64,000 nt of DNA from an uncultured Rickettsiales bacterium (GTDB lineage: Bacteria; Pseudomonadota; Alphaproteobacteria; Rickettsiales; JABDBP01): contig CAYVHI010000002.1 in NCBI GenBank assembly GCA_964450945.1, positions 904 to 64,903 on the forward strand, written 5' to 3'. The stretch's first letter is position 1. Each line of letters opens with the position of its first letter. This document shows, piece by piece, positions 38,894 to 47,433 of the stretch. The notes below the pieces were generated by a model that saw nothing but the letters and a program-made list of their open reading frames with translations, was not told the origin of the DNA and did no database searches. Both the position numbers and the translations under genes were made by a program.

Positions 38894-39193
38894 ATGATTG
38901 CTGTTTTGCTCCTTTCCGCCTGCACCAGAGCGGGTGCGCCGTGGCAGGCATGGATGTATGAAGGGCCGCCAAAACAGGAAGGAGTTGAGTATCCGCCGCT
39001 TTATGTAGAGGGCTGGAAACATGGTTGTGAGACGGGTGTTGCCTCTACAACCAACCACTATTACAAATTTTTTTATGACTGGCGGCAAGATGCGCAGCTG
39101 GCACAAAATAAAGTTTACTACCAAGGTTGGCGGGATGCTTTCGACTATTGCAACCGCTATATGTTCCAATATTTGGCAAAACCTTTCTTTTAA
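38894..39193 (+). CDS. Small lipoprotein, paralog 3 of 5
   Basis: Start placed at MIAVLLLSAC (lipobox LSAC). YVEGWKHGCETG ... WRQDAQLAQNKVYYQGWRDAFDYC. The ORF stays open upstream to 38747 through the repeat, so the start is uncertain. Confidence 0.65.
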   Translation: MIAVLLLSACTRAGAPWQAWMYEGPPKQEGVEYPPLYVEGWKHGCETGVASTTNHYYKFFYDWRQDAQLAQNKVYYQGWRDAFDYCNRYMFQYLAKPFF

Positions 39194-39201
39194 GAGGATA
39201 T

Positions 39202-39678
39202 ATGAAAAACATAATTATAATATTTAGTTTGTTCATACTAGTAGCCTGTAACACTACAAAAGGTGGCACAGAAAGAACATTTGCCTTCCAGCCGATAACG
39301 TTGCCAAAATTACCGCAAGGCTCGCCTGAATATACACAAGGGTGGAGAGATGGTTGTGAAACCGGTATGTCCGTTTATGGTGACCCGACCTATAAAACAA
39401 TTTATAAATGGAAGCGTGACGAGGATCTTGCTGCATCAAACGTTACTTACTATAAAGCCTGGAAAGATTCATACAATGCTTGCCGCCACTACCTGCAAAG
39501 CTGGTCTTTAAATACCCAGCCAAGCAGCCCGTTCACGCCAATGGATAATCCATCTACTGATCCGCTTTTTGAATCAAAGGATATGAAAAGTGATTTCCTT
39601 GGAATACCAAACGGCGAGAATGCTTTTTCCGGCAGCGGTGACATTTTTTCACCAGAAGGAAACATAATGGGGTTCTAG
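39202..39678 (+). CDS. Small lipoprotein, paralog 4 of 5 (extended Ser/Pro-rich C-terminus)
   Basis: Start at MKNIIIIF with AAGAGGA SD. Lipobox LVAC. SPEYTQGWRDGCETG ... WKRDEDLAASNVTYYKAWKDSYNAC. Confidence 0.72.
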   Translation: MKNIIIIFSLFILVACNTTKGGTERTFAFQPITLPKLPQGSPEYTQGWRDGCETGMSVYGDPTYKTIYKWKRDEDLAASNVTYYKAWKDSYNACRHYLQSWSLNTQPSSPFTPMDNPSTDPLFESKDMKSDFLGIPNGENAFSGSGDIFSPEGNIMGF

Positions 39679-40092
39679 ATGAAAAGAATATTCATCAGTA
39701 TAGCAATTGTTCTTCTCCTTGCTTCATGCAAGCAATCAGGATTTCCGCCTATGTTCAGCCATGGACCGAAGGAAGGGGATGGCCCGCCGGAAATGGTACA
39801 GGGCTGGCAGGATGGCTGCCAGAGCGGTACACAGGCTTACGGCTGGGATATATATAAAACATTCTATCCTTTCAAGCAGGATGCAAGGCTTGTAAGCAAC
39901 AGGCTTTATATGACCTACTGGCGTGATGCTTATAATTATTGCCGCCATTACTTAAACGAATATGGCCGTTACGGTGTGCTTGGCCTTGAGCTTTTTGCGC
40001 AACCGACCGGTGATGGTAACATCCGTGATGAAAGAACTGCTACTGTGGGTAAGGGTGATAATGGTATTATGCCAGGCTTCATGGGTTGGTAG
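39679..40092 (+). CDS. Small lipoprotein, paralog 5 of 5
   Basis: Lipobox LASC. PPEMVQGWQDGCQSG ... FKQDARLVSNRLYMTYWRDAYNYC. The start abuts the stop of paralog 4. Confidence 0.72.
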   Translation: MKRIFISIAIVLLLASCKQSGFPPMFSHGPKEGDGPPEMVQGWQDGCQSGTQAYGWDIYKTFYPFKQDARLVSNRLYMTYWRDAYNYCRHYLNEYGRYGVLGLELFAQPTGDGNIRDERTATVGKGDNGIMPGFMGW

Positions 40093-40114
40093 TATAAACG
40101 ATTATAATTAATTA

Positions 40115-40204
40115 GTTATTACGTCGTCGTACTTCGAACTCAAACTCAGTCATATATGTTTTAGATATACTCCTTCGTTTTCGTCTTGTACTCCTAGTAA
40201 TAAT
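40115..40204. repeat. Hairpin repeat family copy A
   Basis: GTTATTACGTCGTCGTACTTCGAACTC...CATATATGT-tttag-ATATACTCC...TGTACTCCTAGTAATAA. The first 26 nt are near-identical to copy B. Confidence 0.7.
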
Positions 40205-40220
40205 TTAACTATAATCAGTT

Positions 40221-40982
40221 ATGTTAGAAATTATTGAATTTCTCTTGGCAATAGGAATCGGTTTGGGCAGTGGTAGTTACGCCACTATGCCTTATTACCG
40301 GCTTCCCAATAATGAGCCATGCGGTGGCAAATGGACAGGGAAACGTTCCCATTGCACATCCTGTGGGCATAAGCTGCGTACACGCGATCTTTTGCCTGTT
40401 TTTAACTGGCTGCTTACTCATGGGAAATGCCAATTCTGTGGTAAAAAAATAAGTCCGGTTTACTTTTTTATAGAACTTTCCTGCACCATATTATCAGTGC
40501 TGATTTACCTAAAATTTGGCTTCAGCGACAAGTATATGCTTTTTATGATACTGGCGGTTTGTCTGGTTATTCTTTCAGCCACTGACTATAGCTATAAAAC
40601 CCTACCAGATGCTGTATTCATAGTTATTGTTATGGTGGGCATGACTTACCGCGCCATAGAGGATTCTGAATTGTTCGGGATGACTTATGGCTTTACCCTG
40701 GCACTCCTTACCTGCCTTTTCTACCGGCAGATTTATGAAAAAATAACCGGCAAAAAGATAAAGAATTATGGCTACCTTAAACTTATCACGGTTTCAGGAA
40801 TATGGCTTACCCCTGGAAATTTTGTGGCATTTATAATTGTTGCTGCTTTATTCATGGGGATGCTAAGGCTTGTTTATGGTAAGAAAAGAGCCCGTTTTGC
40901 AATGCCAATAGCTGCTTCCCTGCTGCTATTTATATTTTATCCAAATCTGCATCTTGCCGTTATTTCAGCAATACCCTCATAA
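40221..40982 (+). CDS. A24-family prepilin peptidase-like membrane protein, second catalytic Asp motif degenerate
   Basis: 253 aa. N-terminal CxxC...CxxC (CTSCGHKL...CQFCGKKISPVY). The first Asp motif ATDYSYKTLPD is present. The expected G-x-G-D-(F/V)-K-L reads NYGYLKL. Confidence 0.7.
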   Translation: MLEIIEFLLAIGIGLGSGSYATMPYYRLPNNEPCGGKWTGKRSHCTSCGHKLRTRDLLPVFNWLLTHGKCQFCGKKISPVYFFIELSCTILSVLIYLKFGFSDKYMLFMILAVCLVILSATDYSYKTLPDAVFIVIVMVGMTYRAIEDSELFGMTYGFTLALLTCLFYRQIYEKITGKKIKNYGYLKLITVSGIWLTPGNFVAFIIVAALFMGMLRLVYGKKRARFAMPIAASLLLFIFYPNLHLAVISAIPS

Positions 40983-41055
40983 ATATAAAGAAAACCTCTT
41001 GCCTATAGCCTTATTTTAGGCAATAAAGTAGACCCTTACCTTTAAGGATTCTTAT

Positions 41056-41131
41056 GGGGAGTTAGCTCAGCGGTTAGAGCAGGGCGCTCATAACGCCTTG
41101 GCCGGGGGTTCAAATCCCTCACTCCCCACCA
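41056..41131 (+). tRNA. tRNA with CAT anticodon (elongator Met or lysidine-modified Ile2; not initiator)
   Basis: GGGGAGT acceptor pairs with ACTCCCC. D arm AGCTCAGCGGTTAGAGC, anticodon loop CTCATAA, T arm GGGGGTTCAAATCCCTC, encoded CCA. The G1-C72 pair argues against fMet. Confidence 0.9.
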
Positions 41132-41181
41132 CTTTCAGCATCACTTTAATATTGAATATAAGCCATTTTTCTGACAAAAAT

Positions 41182-41202
41182 TAACGATTTTCTAACGATT
41201 TT
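41182..41202. repeat. Tandem direct repeat TAACGATTTT x2
   Basis: 41182-41191 and 41193-41202, about 50 nt downstream of the tRNA. Confidence 0.5.
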
Positions 41203-41251
41203 ATGTCAAAATTATGAAGATATAAAATATTAAAAAAGTGACTTTATAAAA

Positions 41252-42229
41252 ATGCCCAATCTTTCCGATAGAAATCTTGAAATAGCTTCTGAAAGTTCTG
41301 TTTTTTCGAGCGGGCAGAATGATGATCCTAAGGATTCTGGTAGCCAAAAATATTATGCTGCTGCTGAAGTTAAAGGAAACGTAGTGCCGTTAGTGGATGT
41401 AGATACTAGGGAAGTTGTCTATGTAAAAAGAGTAGATAGTAAAGAATTTGCGGCAACAAGTAAGGCTGCAAATTTACCTAAGGGAGATTATAAGCACGTT
41501 GTTTTACCTGAGATAAACGGAACACTTGAAGATTTGAAGCCTGATTTAAAAGACAGAGTAGAAAGCAAGCTAAAGCCTCATGAAGCAGGAGATCAGGGGG
41601 CAACAATTGTGGTTCCATCAGTTCCACAGAAAGGTGTTTATCTTGGTTTTAGTACAACTACGGGGATGTTCATGGAAGCGCTTGATGGGAAAAAAATTAG
41701 TGAGCAGGAACTAAGAGGAGTTGCTGATGATTTATATAGAATGAATGAGGCTGGGGTTTCTCATCGTGATTTGGTTAATAACTCTAGTTTTTCCAGGGAT
41801 GATAGCGGGCAATTGCGCATGCATGTTATAGATTTCGAGCCAGACACTTACGCGGCTGGAATGGAACAACATATAACTGATAAAGCCCACCCAGATGTGG
41901 AGGAGTTTAGTTCTGTAGTTGGTGGTCTGGTAGATGCAGGGGTAACCGATCTAAAACCGGAAGTAGCAGAATCTATGACAAAATTCTCAGTTCCAGATAT
42001 GATTTCGCCTGAACTAAAAGCGGAAATAACAAAAAAAGCTGAAGAAAGGTCAGAAACACCAGCTACTCCGGCCGATAATATGTCTCCTGAGGCATTGAAA
42101 GATTTAAGGGAAGCTGCGGCAGGTATGGCTTCAGCACAAGTAACAAGAGTTGATGAAGGTCAGCCGCCAGGCGGAAATAAAAACACCCCTCAGGTGGAAA
42201 AGGGGAATAAAGAACGTGGCCATGATTAA
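41252..42229 (+). CDS. Protein-kinase-like (minimal HRD/DFx core) protein with disordered termini; candidate secreted effector
   Basis: 325 aa. EVVYVKRV (beta3 Lys-like), GVSHRDLVNN (catalytic-loop-like), HVIDFE (DFG-like). The N- and C-terminal ~40-100 aa are polar, Pro/Glu/Lys-rich and low-complexity. Confidence 0.45.
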   Translation: MPNLSDRNLEIASESSVFSSGQNDDPKDSGSQKYYAAAEVKGNVVPLVDVDTREVVYVKRVDSKEFAATSKAANLPKGDYKHVVLPEINGTLEDLKPDLKDRVESKLKPHEAGDQGATIVVPSVPQKGVYLGFSTTTGMFMEALDGKKISEQELRGVADDLYRMNEAGVSHRDLVNNSSFSRDDSGQLRMHVIDFEPDTYAAGMEQHITDKAHPDVEEFSSVVGGLVDAGVTDLKPEVAESMTKFSVPDMISPELKAEITKKAEERSETPATPADNMSPEALKDLREAAAGMASAQVTRVDEGQPPGGNKNTPQVEKGNKERGHD

Positions 42230-42267
42230 ATATCTTTAAAGTTAGAAGTTTATGATAATATATAAAG

Positions 42268-43884
42268 ATGACCACCCTATTACCAACCCCTAAAATTATA
42301 TCAGAAATATTCCATAAGCTTGGCGGTGATGTTGCTGTGCTATCTGGCGGCGGGCAGCTTGGGGTACACTCTCCAATCAACGGAAAACTTATTGCATCTT
42401 TAAGGTTTGATACACAGATAACATTTCAGCAGAAGATAAATGAGGCAATAAGAGCCCAGAAAGAATGGAGCAAACTATCATTATCAGAACGCCAGGATTT
42501 TCTTATTCACCTGGCGAAAACTACAGAAGATTATAAGAAAGATCTGGCTCCATTTATAACTTATGAGGCGGGAAAAGTTTTAAAGGAATCAGAAGGTGAA
42601 GTGAGTAATATAAAAGGAACGATCGATACCACCATAAAAAATGTTACGGCAAGGAATAAGGAGGATAGCACAAGGGAGAAATGGAAACCCTTAGGAGTTA
42701 TTGGACTAATAACCTCATATAATTTTCCTCTCGCTGTTGCCGGCTGGACTATTGCACCAGCACTGCTTTCCGGTAACACGGTTTTATGGAAACCTTCAGA
42801 AAAAACACCCATTACTGCACTTGCATTTGAACTGATATTCAGGAAGGCAGTTAATAGTTATACCAAAGCAAAAGTACCTGAAGCACTTCTTACAGTGGTT
42901 CTCGGAAAAAGTGATATAGGGGAGCAAATGGTGGCAAACGAACACGTAAGCATGATAAGTGCTACCGGCAGTGTAGGGATGGGCAAAGGCATAAAGGCAG
43001 TTACTGCAAAAAAGAGTAAGGCATCTTATAAGCCGATCCTTGAACTTGGTGGGAATAATGCAGTCATCATCTCAAAAAACAATGATGATGCAGGCCTTGA
43101 ATTTGCTGCCTCTTCAATCCTTAAATCTGTATTTGCCACCGGTGGACAACGCTGCACAAATACCCGTAGAGTTATTGTACACCACGATGTATTTGGAAAA
43201 TTTTCTGCCATTATGAAAGATAAATTTCATTCGTTCATACAATCTGCAGCAATATGCAACCCGGTAGAGAGTAAAGATGATGTATATATGTATGCGCCAC
43301 TTATTGATAAACGCGCATATGAGGAATTTGTTTTTGCAAAAGTAGAAGCTGAAAAGGAAGGAGGAACAATCCATTTCGGCAAACGTATGCTGGAAAAAGA
43401 ATTTCCTGATGCATATTATGTGGCACCCGCACTTGCCCTGATGGCAAAACACTCTGATATTATGAAAAAAGAAACTTTTGCACCCATTCTTTTTGTCGCA
43501 CCATATGATGGCAATATTGAAGAAGCTGTAAAATTAGTAAACTTGCCTGAAAATGGTGGGCTGGTGAACGGAATTTATACAAAAGATGAAAGTGAGATAG
43601 CTGCATTTGTAGAAAATAATCTTGCAGGCCACACGGTAATAAATTCGCCGAAAGGCACGGGAACACCGGCGCACGGGCAGGGATTCGGCGGCAATCGTGA
43701 TTCAGGAGAGGGGGTGATTCTATCACCGGACCCACTGCTTTATTTTACTGAAGAAGGGCAGAAGAAAATAAATATATTAAAAACAGGAACAGAGCCGGCA
43801 GCCCAGCCAGATGGTGTTACTGCTTACAGAATGTGTCATAAAGATGGTTCTGTAAGCCGTATTATAATCCACCCTAAATCTTAA
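42268..43884 (+). CDS. NAD(P)-dependent aldehyde dehydrogenase (ALDH7-like) with C-terminal extension
   Basis: 538 aa. YNFPLAVAGW..LSGNTVLWKPSEKTP, ELGGNN (Glu), GGQRCTNTRR (Cys). Confidence 0.88.
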   Translation: MTTLLPTPKIISEIFHKLGGDVAVLSGGGQLGVHSPINGKLIASLRFDTQITFQQKINEAIRAQKEWSKLSLSERQDFLIHLAKTTEDYKKDLAPFITYEAGKVLKESEGEVSNIKGTIDTTIKNVTARNKEDSTREKWKPLGVIGLITSYNFPLAVAGWTIAPALLSGNTVLWKPSEKTPITALAFELIFRKAVNSYTKAKVPEALLTVVLGKSDIGEQMVANEHVSMISATGSVGMGKGIKAVTAKKSKASYKPILELGGNNAVIISKNNDDAGLEFAASSILKSVFATGGQRCTNTRRVIVHHDVFGKFSAIMKDKFHSFIQSAAICNPVESKDDVYMYAPLIDKRAYEEFVFAKVEAEKEGGTIHFGKRMLEKEFPDAYYVAPALALMAKHSDIMKKETFAPILFVAPYDGNIEEAVKLVNLPENGGLVNGIYTKDESEIAAFVENNLAGHTVINSPKGTGTPAHGQGFGGNRDSGEGVILSPDPLLYFTEEGQKKINILKTGTEPAAQPDGVTAYRMCHKDGSVSRIIIHPKS

Positions 43885-45175
43885 TTTTCAGGTTATCTTT
43901 CCTGCACGGAAAGCAGAATTTATTATTTAATTCCTTATAGTGCACTGGTAAAAGAACCACGGATTTATCGCGATAAAGTTCTGCCGGTTTTGCAAAAAAT
44001 ATTCCGGTAAAATTGCTTTTTGCCAGAAGCTTTGTTCCTGAAGGAATGCCGATTGCAATCTCTTGCCCTTCAGATATTTCTTCGATTTCTTCAAATTGGT
44101 ATACGGCGTACAAAGGATTTTCGCCTTTTAATTCTGATTTTTGTTTTACCTGATACCTGTCATCTTTTTCTATAACAACTTTATCTGCCGGGGTTTTATT
44201 TATTATTGGTTTTATTGTATAAAATAAATCTTCCTCTGGAGAGGATTTTCCAAGTCTGATTTCAAGATCAGAAAATTTTAATTTATCCTTAACATGATAA
44301 AGATCAAATACCCCTGTTTCATTTTGTTCGGGTTTTATGGAGGAAATCCCGAGGTTGAAGAAAAGAGATAAAGTGAAGGAAGAAGCCACCTTGAATGAGT
44401 TTATATCTTCGTGCCTTCCGGCTTCAATACCAGTGTTGCTCTCAATGTTTTTCTGGCTGCTGAAAAGCAGTTTCAGAGGTTTTGTTGAAGTGTGGCTGGC
44501 AATACTATCAAGCAGACCTTTAAGTACGGTACGGATTGGTGAGTATAATAAATCTCTTTCGTTGCTGTATGTTGTTATGCAGGTGAGGTTCCCCCTGGCG
44601 GAGTGAATATCAAGAATTCCTGAAATATTTTTTGATAAATAATATAAATCCTGAGCTCTTTTTGTATGATGGTCGCTGGCTGGATCAAGCTCAAGGAAGT
44701 TTGCCGGCACACGATTAAGATCTTTCTGCATGTTTCCTTTTTCATCAACCCCGGTGCGGAAATCATCCCGCACTTCCTGCTGTGCAGAAGGATTCTTCTC
44801 CCAGGCTGAGAAATATTGGCCAGCGGCAAAAGGATTTCCTATGGCAAGATATACAGAACGTTTCAGAAAACCCGCTTCGCCAAGCGCAAGAGTAAATAGA
44901 ACTGCGGCAAGCCCTGCTGGCTCATTTCCATGCACTTGTGTAAGCAGCAGGAAAGGCAGTTTATCTGAAGATTTTACTTCGGACAAATAGGCTGCAGGAA
45001 TTGTTTTTCCTTCAACTTTTATAGTTTGCCGGGTTAGCCAGTCATGCGTGATTTTAAGTTCTTTTAGGGACAACCTGCGGCTGAAAAATACATCGATAAA
45101 TGTATGAGCGTCTGTTATGGAGGAAAAATCCACATTCCATATTTTTTTAAGCAGGTTTCTTGCTCCTTCACTCAT
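43874..45175 (-). CDS. Succinylglutamate desuccinylase/aspartoacylase family Zn hydrolase (long form)
   Basis: 433 aa. VHGNEPAG, ILDIHSARG and GIEAGRHE motifs of the AstE/AspA family. About 100 aa longer than typical AstE. Confidence 0.72.
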   Translation of the reverse strand: MSEGARNLLKKIWNVDFSSITDAHTFIDVFFSRRLSLKELKITHDWLTRQTIKVEGKTIPAAYLSEVKSSDKLPFLLLTQVHGNEPAGLAAVLFTLALGEAGFLKRSVYLAIGNPFAAGQYFSAWEKNPSAQQEVRDDFRTGVDEKGNMQKDLNRVPANFLELDPASDHHTKRAQDLYYLSKNISGILDIHSARGNLTCITTYSNERDLLYSPIRTVLKGLLDSIASHTSTKPLKLLFSSQKNIESNTGIEAGRHEDINSFKVASSFTLSLFFNLGISSIKPEQNETGVFDLYHVKDKLKFSDLEIRLGKSSPEEDLFYTIKPIINKTPADKVVIEKDDRYQVKQKSELKGENPLYAVYQFEEIEEISEGQEIAIGIPSGTKLLAKSNFTGIFFAKPAELYRDKSVVLLPVHYKELNNKFCFPCRKDNLKIKI

Positions 45176-46059
45176 TCTTCCACTCTCCCAACGCTTAAAT
45201 GCCGCATTTCCGGTGTAAGTAAGGGAGCCTCAGTTTTTGAAAGAGGCGTGGTTATAGTGCGAACATCAAAATGCCCATCAAGCGAAAATGCAGAAAGCAG
45301 AACCATTTCCTGATTATCTTTTTTTATTATAACTCCTCTCAGCGCCCCTTGGGATTTTGCCTTTTCCGTAACACGCAGATTGTTTGCTATTTTAAGGGTT
45401 TTTTCATCTTCAAGACTATATACATTCTTATCAATCAATTTGAACGGTGTTTTAGCTAGCAGCTCCTTTGTTTCCTTGTTATGAGGAATCAGCATAGTGC
45501 TCATTTTATGGAACTGCTTCATCCCCGCTTCCATAGCGGCCTTATGGAAATTTCCTATATTTTTTGATACCGCTTCACTAACAAGAAGATCAATATTTCT
45601 CTCTTTTGCCAGTTTGAAACTTTCTCGGTACATATATGGCAGGAAACTTTCTCCTGTCCTATCTTTTCCCCGGATATCCTTATGAAAACATAAAGAGCCG
45701 AATTCGGCGCATTTCATTTTCTTAATAGGAAGGTGTGAGAGCATTACATGAAGAGGAATGGGGATTGTATCCTCAGTCTTCAAATGTTTTAGTTTGTTTT
45801 TAGAGCTAGGGTCCTGCACCAGCATGCGCCGCCCGCCGAGCAGTATATTGTTAGGGCCATAAATAAGGATATATTCTGTTTGCGGGTGAAGATCATATTT
45901 CTCAGGCTCATACCCGGAATAGAAATTTTTACCCTCTCCGGTAAAGATATCATACCGGATTTTCCAAAATAATTGCAGTTGTATATTATTAGGGTCACTT
46001 TTTAGATGAACTAATCTCAGTTCATCATTATGATATTTTCTTTGAGAGGGGTATTTCAT
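45172..46059 (-). CDS. GNAT-related N-acyltransferase of FeeM/OlsB/autoinducer-synthase-like type (not AstA-like)
   Basis: 295 aa. LFWKIRYDIFTGE...EPEKYDLHPQTEYILIY..ILLGGRRML...CAEFGSLCFHKDIRGK fits the N-acyl amino acid synthase pattern. The AstA IDIFDGGPT motif is absent. Confidence 0.45.
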   Translation of the reverse strand: MKYPSQRKYHNDELRLVHLKSDPNNIQLQLFWKIRYDIFTGEGKNFYSGYEPEKYDLHPQTEYILIYGPNNILLGGRRMLVQDPSSKNKLKHLKTEDTIPIPLHVMLSHLPIKKMKCAEFGSLCFHKDIRGKDRTGESFLPYMYRESFKLAKERNIDLLVSEAVSKNIGNFHKAAMEAGMKQFHKMSTMLIPHNKETKELLAKTPFKLIDKNVYSLEDEKTLKIANNLRVTEKAKSQGALRGVIIKKDNQEMVLLSAFSLDGHFDVRTITTPLSKTEAPLLTPEMRHLSVGRVEE

Positions 46060-46083
46060 GAAATATTATTATGAAATGAAAGC

Positions 46084-47433
46084 ATGCAGAAATCAAATTA
46101 TAAAGAGATAGTATTTATAGGCCTGCCCGGGCCATCGCATAATTATGGCGGTCTTGCGCCAGGTGACCTTGCTTCCGAAAAGCATGCCGGAAATATTTCG
46201 CAACCCACCGAAGCAGCCCTTCAGGTAATTAAACTGGCGGAAGTACTCCATGAAAAGGGGGTGACAGTTGCGATACTTCCACCCCACCCGAGGCCATACC
46301 TCCAGGTTGCTGAGAAAATTGGCTATCAGGGAAGCCATAAAGATATTATAAAACTTCTTGCTGCTGAAAATCCAAAACTGCTTAGCATGCTTTATTCCAG
46401 CGCCAGCATGTGGGCTGCCAATTCTGCCACTGTAACACCTGCAGCCGACGCAAAAGATAAAAAACTCCACATAATGCCGGCAAACCTTATATCAAACCTG
46501 CACCGCTCAATAGAAGCGGAACATAGCTATAAAATTTTTTCTCAGATACTTGCTGATAAAAATACTGTCGTACATGAGCCGCTTCCAAATCATGTGGTGT
46601 TTGGTGATGAAGGAGCGGCCAACCATATGCGTATGGCTGCCGCGCACGGGGAAAAGGGCCTTAATATATTTGTATTTGGAAAGGAGGCGACAGTTCCTGG
46701 TTCACCAGCGCCAAAACTATACCCAGCGCGGCAAACAAAGGAAGCAAGTGAAGCTATAGCCAGACTGCACAATATACCAGAAAGCCAGACAGTTTTTATA
46801 AAACAGAACCCGGAAGTAATTGACCAGGGAGTGTTCCATAATGATGTAATTGCTCTCAGCCACCTTAATCTTTTGCTTTATCATGAACATGCATTCTCTG
46901 ATAAAGACAGTGTTATTTATGAAATCACATCGAAGTTTAAAAGCACAACAGGCAATATTCCGGTGTTTATAGAAGTGATGGAAGGAGAGCTTTCTGTAGG
47001 TGATGCTGTACATAGCTATTTCTTCAACAGCCAGATTATTTCAGATAAAGACGGCAATATGATTTTTATCGCGCCTCAGGAAGTAAAGGAAAATAATAAG
47101 GCAAAGAAACTTATAGATAAAATTATTGCCGATAAAACAAACCCTATATCTTCAGCAATCTATGTGGATTTAAAGCAGAGTATGCAAAATGGCGGTGGAC
47201 CTGCCTGCCTGCGCTTACGGGCGGTGCTTTCTGATGAACAGATAAAACATATGGAAGAGAAAACGAACATCATTTTTAATTATGTTCTCGCTGAAAAATT
47301 AAGGAAGTCGATAAAAAAATATTACCCTGAAATGCTGGAGCCAAAACAGCTTGCCAGCCCGGATCTTTACAGAGATGCCATGAAGGCATTAGAAGATATA
47401 GAAAAAATCCTTAACTTGCAGGTTTCAAAGTAG
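46084..47433 (+). CDS. astB: N-succinylarginine dihydrolase
   Basis: 449 aa. GLPGPSHNYGGLAPGDLAS at the N-terminus, and C-terminal NGGGPACLRLR (catalytic Cys) as in AstB. Confidence 0.85.
   Translation: MQKSNYKEIVFIGLPGPSHNYGGLAPGDLASEKHAGNISQPTEAALQVIKLAEVLHEKGVTVAILPPHPRPYLQVAEKIGYQGSHKDIIKLLAAENPKLLSMLYSSASMWAANSATVTPAADAKDKKLHIMPANLISNLHRSIEAEHSYKIFSQILADKNTVVHEPLPNHVVFGDEGAANHMRMAAAHGEKGLNIFVFGKEATVPGSPAPKLYPARQTKEASEAIARLHNIPESQTVFIKQNPEVIDQGVFHNDVIALSHLNLLLYHEHAFSDKDSVIYEITSKFKSTTGNIPVFIEVMEGELSVGDAVHSYFFNSQIISDKDGNMIFIAPQEVKENNKAKKLIDKIIADKTNPISSAIYVDLKQSMQNGGGPACLRLRAVLSDEQIKHMEEKTNIIFNYVLAEKLRKSIKKYYPEMLEPKQLASPDLYRDAMKALEDIEKILNLQVSK

Noticed and set aside
40983-41055. Hairpin TTGCCTA-N11-TAGGCAA after the peptidase-like gene as a terminator.
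   Set aside because: It has a 7-bp stem but no following T-run, which is too weak to call.
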